IMG/VR virus record: IMGVR_UViG_3300033076_000189
Coordinates: 1 to 28,646 of that record
Strand: one strand, 5' to 3'
DNA: 28,646 nt
Source: a virus
Lineage: Duplodnaviria > Caudoviricetes
Part shown: positions 24,179 through 28,646 of the stretch, piece by piece
Position numbering within the stretch: position 1 is the first letter of the stretch
How the letters are laid out: every line of letters starts with the position of its first letter
Notes under the pieces: generated by a model
Told to the model about the DNA's origin: nothing
What the model saw: only the letters and a program-made list of their open reading frames with translations
The model's database searches: none
Translations under genes and position numbers: made by a program

Positions 24179-24985
24179 TTAACCTTTCAGTTTTTGGTCC
24201 AGTTTTTTCAGCAACTCACGCTGCTCAAGAGCATCGAGAAGTTTCTGAGCTTCGGTCGCTTCCACATCAGACTCACTCTGTTGAGGCGCAGGTTCAAGAT
24301 TCTCTTGCGCAACATCACGCTGCTCAAGCACTTTCTTGAATGTAGATGCGGCAGCGACCGCATCTTTCTTGGAGAGTCCAACTTCACGAAGGGCTTGCTC
24401 CAAAACTTTCAAATCAGCAGTTCCATCAGGGCGGAAATATTCCAGCTTTTGAACTTCTGCCATAGGGTTGTTGGGATACATCACCACGGAAACTTCGCGC
24501 AAACCACCTTTGGTGATTTGGAAATAGCCGTCTTCCCAATAATCGCCAGAACCGGCGGGATATGGGGTTCCGTCTTCCTTGACCCATTGGTATTCTTCGG
24601 CGTATGCGCCAACAGAAACGCCGCCAAACATATTGGGGCTTTCGCTCATCACTTGATACAAGTCAGAGCCTTGAGTGGTGTTCATGTAAAGGCGGCCTTG
24701 TGCGGTCATGCCCTTATCGTCAAACTCAAACGATGTCCATTCACCAACGGGAACGGCATCAGCATTGTGATTGACAAACATGGGTAGCGGACGACCAGCT
24801 TTACTGAATTCATCAGCCCATGTCATAAAGGATTCTGGTTGATAGTTGAAGCGCCGACCATCAGCCCCCTCGCGTGGACCCCAAGTGGTTGCGATTGCTT
24901 CAATCTTGCCAGTTGGTTCGTTGTTTGTTGCGCTTTTTTCGAGGACCAGTTTGGCCTCGCATACCATCAGATAGTTTTTGGTCAT
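24179..24985 (-). CDS. Prohead maturation protease (HK97 family)
   Basis: PMFVNH (His), PVGEW, GVSVG (Ser) and LREVSVV.YP motifs; GAGG RBS. Confidence 0.92.
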   Translation of the reverse strand: MTKNYLMVCEAKLVLEKSATNNEPTGKIEAIATTWGPREGADGRRFNYQPESFMTWADEFSKAGRPLPMFVNHNADAVPVGEWTSFEFDDKGMTAQGRLYMNTTQGSDLYQVMSESPNMFGGVSVGAYAEEYQWVKEDGTPYPAGSGDYWEDGYFQITKGGLREVSVVMYPNNPMAEVQKLEYFRPDGTADLKVLEQALREVGLSKKDAVAAASTFKKVLEQRDVAQENLEPAPQQSESDVEATEAQKLLDALEQRELLKKLDQKLKG

Positions 24986-25118
24986 GGATTACCTCATCGA
25001 CTTTGGAACGGTCAATGTCTTTTATTGTATTCGGTGGTCGGCCTCGTCTTGGAGGCGGCAAACCATGTGGCTTGTATGTTGCCAAGGATGCTACCACTAA
25101 TCGAAAAATAAGTGACAA
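24900..25118 (-). CDS. Possible small basic protein with AT-hook-like PRRGRPP
   Basis: Only ORF filling the 135-nt portal-protease gap; TTG start 2 nt after the portal stop; no clear RBS; overlaps the protease by 86 nt. Confidence 0.3.
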   Translation of the reverse strand: MSLIFRLVVASLATYKPHGLPPPRRGRPPNTIKDIDRSKVDEVIHDQKLSDGMRGQTGPRKKRNKQRTNWQD

Positions 25119-25120
25119 AT

Positions 25121-26518
25121 TTATTTTCCAATGTTCATCTTATTCTTTTGATTTCCACCACCGCCGCCCGTGTCTTGGGGTGATGAACCGGGCAAATCTT
25201 CGCTTGCCTTTGGGTCTTTCTTCAATTCGTCGCCGCCTTCAATGCTTGGTTTTCCGAGGTATTCACGCGCCTCATTGGGCGTGAAGATACCAGCTTCGAC
25301 AGCGGCTTTTGCGAAATTCATTTGGTCCAGCGGAGCGCCTTTCAAGAAATTCGATGTGTCGAATTGAATGCAAAGCGATGGGTAGCCGGGGAACAATTGC
25401 TGCTTGAGTTTGTCCTGCACGTTCACGATTGTGGGATACATCGTGGACTTGTAAAACTCATCCAACATGGTCTGAGTGTTGTTGTATTTTTGATCTGCAA
25501 TGCCAATCATTGCAGGAGGAACACCAAACAAACCGCAGATACGCTTCATGGTCTGAATCTTCAATTCAGCAGCTTGAGCGTCTTGCAAAGTCAGAATGTC
25601 GATGGTCTGATACTTCATGCCCTGATCGAGCAACATACCTTGACCGGGTTTGGATGGGTCTGTTTTCTGACTGCCGGTGAGACTTGACCAAGCCTCTTTC
25701 AAACGGGCGGCAATCTCTTCGTATTTGCCGTTGGGGATGACCTGATCGGTCACAAACATACCGCTTGGCTTTGCGCCATTGAGCATGATGAAGTTGGCAT
25801 AAACGTCGATGTCTTGATCGAGCGAAACCAGTTCAGCAGCCAAGATGCCTTTGTTGAAACCGGCAGAACCTTGCCATGCAGCCTCTTTAACGTGCATCAC
25901 CTGATGGGCCTGCAACGGCTCATCTTTGCTAAAACCGTATGATGGGGTGGATAGGCGATATGAAGGGTAACGTGCGGGATTGATTGTCACGGCAATCAAT
26001 GTCGAGTCCAACACATACATTTCCATGGGCGTCTGAGTTGGACTCTTTTGATCTTCTCTCCACCAAAGCGTGAATGCTTCGCCAGAAAGCTCATACCACA
26101 TCAGCCATTGATACCAAAATTCATATTTGGACTGAAAGTTGTTTGGATTATTCAGGAGCTTGTAAACCTGACGCGCCTTGTTTTTGTCGCGTACACCAAC
26201 TTTGTCGTCTTTGGTCGCATCTAGGTAGGTTCCGTTGTCGGCCTCTTGCATCACCTTAATAGGAAGCTGCGCCAGCGCCCGAGCCTTTGCGCCCACACAG
26301 GCCATGACGGTGCTGTTGCGCGTGAGCAACGACATATCGACCGGACGACCAGCGGTGTTGGTCGAAGAGGTCGTGACATAGAGGATTTGAGTGTTTACTG
26401 TGGGGCGCGTATTGCTGCCCGAGTAGATGATGTTGTTGCCTAGAGCCGTTTGACCAAAGAGCGTGTTGCTCTCGTTGGCCGGTTTGGGATTACGCTTAAA
26501 AATGTCAAGAATAGCCAT
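25121..26518 (-). CDS. Portal protein, HK97 family
   Basis: LLNNPN, NGAKPSG, LLDQGMKY, ICGLFGVPP.MIG and TPNEARE motifs; ATG 26518 has a GGAG RBS. Confidence 0.96.
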   Translation of the reverse strand: MAILDIFKRNPKPANESNTLFGQTALGNNIIYSGSNTRPTVNTQILYVTTSSTNTAGRPVDMSLLTRNSTVMACVGAKARALAQLPIKVMQEADNGTYLDATKDDKVGVRDKNKARQVYKLLNNPNNFQSKYEFWYQWLMWYELSGEAFTLWWREDQKSPTQTPMEMYVLDSTLIAVTINPARYPSYRLSTPSYGFSKDEPLQAHQVMHVKEAAWQGSAGFNKGILAAELVSLDQDIDVYANFIMLNGAKPSGMFVTDQVIPNGKYEEIAARLKEAWSSLTGSQKTDPSKPGQGMLLDQGMKYQTIDILTLQDAQAAELKIQTMKRICGLFGVPPAMIGIADQKYNNTQTMLDEFYKSTMYPTIVNVQDKLKQQLFPGYPSLCIQFDTSNFLKGAPLDQMNFAKAAVEAGIFTPNEAREYLGKPSIEGGDELKKDPKASEDLPGSSPQDTGGGGGNQKNKMNIGK

Positions 26519-26548
26519 GGTGACTCCAGTTTTTCGTGAGTTTATCAC

Positions 26549-28222
26549 TCAGAATAAACGTAGTCCATAAGAATCTGATACAAAAACATTGTCCAAATGG
26601 CAATGCAGGGCCATAATCATTGCAATGATTCCGTCCACCTTGGCGCTTGGGTCGGCCTCATTTTTTCTCACTTTTACATTACCGTTTACATCCGTGTAGA
26701 CCTCGCAGTTTCCAAGCTGCCACCCAACAAACGGGTTTCCATCATGCTTGATTGCGCGTTTTAGGATAAGTTGTTCCGCCGTTTTCGATGGGTTGGATAG
26801 AACTGCCATTCCTTGTCCAACCTTTTTGACTGGCAAGCCGTAGGAAAAGAGGTTGGCAACAAGAGCAGCAGCGTTGTAAGGGTCATAACCAATTTCTTTG
26901 ACCTCATATTTTTCCGCCTCCATACGAATATATGACTCAATTTCGTTCAAGTCCGTGACATTTCCGGGGGTCAAATGCAGGATGCCGGATGCAACAGCTT
27001 GGCTGAAAATGGGTTTGTAATGGTTCGGAATCAGGTCGATTGAGTCTTCTGGCAAGAAGAATTTGAACTTGGCGTAGAGGTCTTCTTCGCCATACCGGTG
27101 CAGCGTCACCACGGCATTCAAATCTCGGCTGTGCGCCAAGTCAAAACCAATGAATGTGGCCTCGGGTTTGTCTTCCGGCATCGGGGCCACGGATTCGTCC
27201 CAATAGCGCCTATCGACCCACGCAGCGTTGGCGCTGACATAAATGTTCAATTGCTTGCACAAGAATTCGTTGAGGGTCGCAGGCTTGCTCTTGGCCTCGT
27301 CTGCCATGTGCTGAATGGCCTCGGTGGTCACGGAGATGCCGAGCATAGGGTTGGCCTTGCCCCAAATGGCAGGGTCGCTCCACTCGTCGCCGGGGTCCAC
27401 GCTATACAGCAGGCCAAACCACTTGAATGTGTCCTCGGCAGCACCACGCAGCACAGCGCGGAAGTGGCTCAAATCCTCATAGAACTTTGTCTCTTTAGTG
27501 AAGCTGGCGGTGGTCAGATACATCCTTAAAGGATTCTTACGCGCACCCATACCTGAGTGCAGCACCTCGATTGAACCGCGCTCGATGATTTGCGCAGCCT
27601 CGTCAATCATGGCGCAGGATGGGTTTTTACCGTCACCGGTTTTGCGGTTTTCGCGGGACAGGGCGCGGTAGGTCGATGTGGAGTCGCCAGCCTTTTTTAA
27701 TTCGCTGCGGTATGGAATGAATCGGCTTTGAAGCTCGGGGACCATGCTTTCCATGATGGCCTTAGATGAATCAAAACAAATCGACGCCTGTTCTCGGTTT
27801 GTCGCCAGCGTGAACACCTCCGGCCCGGCTTCGCCAAACAAAAGCTCATACAGCGAGATAATGGATGCCAAAGTGGTTTTGCCGGACTTGCGCGGCACAA
27901 ACAGGATAACATCCGTTACCCACCTCTTTGAATGGTCGCGCTTGTCACGAAAACCGTACACGCCAGCCAAAAACAGCACTTGGAAGCCCTCAAGTTCGAT
28001 GGGCTTTCCAGCGTCCGGCCCTTTGACATGGCGGCAGAACTTGGCGAATTTGAGGATGTGTTCAGCTTTTGACGGGACGAACTCATAGGGCGCATCTTTG
28101 CGCTCTACCATGTCAAGGAATCGTTGACAGGCTAGTTTGATGTCTTCACACGCGAGTGTGTCGCCGCGCACCACCGAAGTGGCGTAGACAAAAGCGGGTT
28201 CAAGCAGAGGCGAATAGCTCAT
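26549..28222 (-). CDS. terL: Terminase large subunit
   Basis: Walker A PRKSGKT, Walker B AMIDE, coupling TTA, nuclease GFDLA, YDPYN and KVDG motifs (HK97/lambdoid cos-type family). Confidence 0.97.
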   Translation of the reverse strand: MSYSPLLEPAFVYATSVVRGDTLACEDIKLACQRFLDMVERKDAPYEFVPSKAEHILKFAKFCRHVKGPDAGKPIELEGFQVLFLAGVYGFRDKRDHSKRWVTDVILFVPRKSGKTTLASIISLYELLFGEAGPEVFTLATNREQASICFDSSKAIMESMVPELQSRFIPYRSELKKAGDSTSTYRALSRENRKTGDGKNPSCAMIDEAAQIIERGSIEVLHSGMGARKNPLRMYLTTASFTKETKFYEDLSHFRAVLRGAAEDTFKWFGLLYSVDPGDEWSDPAIWGKANPMLGISVTTEAIQHMADEAKSKPATLNEFLCKQLNIYVSANAAWVDRRYWDESVAPMPEDKPEATFIGFDLAHSRDLNAVVTLHRYGEEDLYAKFKFFLPEDSIDLIPNHYKPIFSQAVASGILHLTPGNVTDLNEIESYIRMEAEKYEVKEIGYDPYNAAALVANLFSYGLPVKKVGQGMAVLSNPSKTAEQLILKRAIKHDGNPFVGWQLGNCEVYTDVNGNVKVRKNEADPSAKVDGIIAMIMALHCHLDNVFVSDSYGLRLF

Positions 28223-28571
28223 CTATCTCCGTTGGCGCTGATGTCTTCTTTGGGCGTCCCCGGGCCACTAGGCCAAGCTCCGCAAGTATCTTGATAGATT
28301 TGTCCAAAGATTCGGTTCTTATTTTGTACCAAGGCGATGCGGCAGGCCCGGCGTTGTAGTAATGTATATGCCCTGTCTCGGCAATGTTGTTCTGCGCCTC
28401 AATCAAGGTTTCCATGGTCATTACCAACACGCCAACCAAAAGCTCGTCGCTTGCCGTGAGTGCGCCGGTCGAGTTCTCAATTTCGTTGCGAATCTGAGTC
28501 TCAAAAACCAATGCGTCCCATGTTTCAGGATGCTTGACATAGTTGATGATTTGCTTAGGAGCTTTTTTCAT
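28200..28571 (-). CDS. terS: Terminase small subunit (P27-like)
   Basis: 123 aa, overlapping the terL start; SPWYKI....LAELGL..R pattern. Confidence 0.82.
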   Translation of the reverse strand: MKKAPKQIINYVKHPETWDALVFETQIRNEIENSTGALTASDELLVGVLVMTMETLIEAQNNIAETGHIHYYNAGPAASPWYKIRTESLDKSIKILAELGLVARGRPKKTSAPTEIDELFASA

Positions 28572-28639
28572 GGGAATTCCCCCGTTTAATTTGCTAAACA
28601 GTATACCTTACTCCCCCCTCCGACTTACCACCCCTCCGA
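28572..28639 (-). promoter_or_regulatory. Putative late promoter / packaging-site region with tandem repeat and palindrome
   Basis: TATACT (-10-like, 28605-28600); tandem CTTAC(TCC/CA)CCCCTCCGA at 28607-28623 and 28624-28639; perfect palindrome GGGAATTCCC at 28572-28581 abutting the terS ATG. Confidence 0.45.
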
Positions 28640-28646
28640 AATTGAC

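Larger units (their letters stand above)
1..28646. mobile_element. Tailed phage (siphovirus-type, HK97-like head / lambda-like tail) genome segment
   Basis: Complete terminase-portal-protease-capsid-tail-fibre-lysis gene order on the - strand, converging on an exonuclease/SSB module on the + strand. No host genes or integration functions are visible, so free phage vs prophage cannot be decided. Confidence 0.97.

Noticed and set aside
19029-24787. Long + strand ORFs opposite structural genes (e.g. 19029-19637, 19801-20262, 21855-22328, 24194-24787)
   Set aside because: They lie antisense to well-supported genes, show no recognisable motifs and are explained by codon bias.
28607-28639. CRISPR-like or mini-array repeat
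   Set aside because: Only two adjacent 16-17 nt copies with no spacer, and no cas genes.

Overview
The window is a contiguous piece of a tailed dsDNA phage genome with HK97-type head genes and a lambda-like long non-contractile tail (siphovirus). It contains no host genes, integrase or att site. Bases 1-2365 (+ strand) are the end of an early/recombination operon: a partial hypothetical gene, a YqaJ/lambda-type exonuclease, SSB, several tiny secreted or membrane ORFs missing from the ORF track, an HTH protein and a structured intergenic RNA candidate. Bases 2349-28571 (- strand) are one tightly coupled late operon. In order it encodes terminase small and large subunits, portal, prohead protease, two tandem HK97-fold capsid paralogs separated by a terminator-like hairpin, head-tail joining genes, tail tube, a tail chaperone with a -1 frameshift signal, tape measure, tail-tip genes with an embedded GNAT acetyltransferase, a multi-gene fibre cluster and a lysis cassette. 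The most notable item is a pair of fibre genes, each with exactly 17 collagen Gly-X-Y triplets after a near-identical but synonymously recoded motif. Each fibre is followed by its own chaperone-like gene(s), and a 2OG-Fe(II) hydroxylase comes next. This suggests a phage-encoded, possibly heterotrimeric and hydroxylated collagen fibre system. All family assignments come from motif recognition and synteny, not from database searches.
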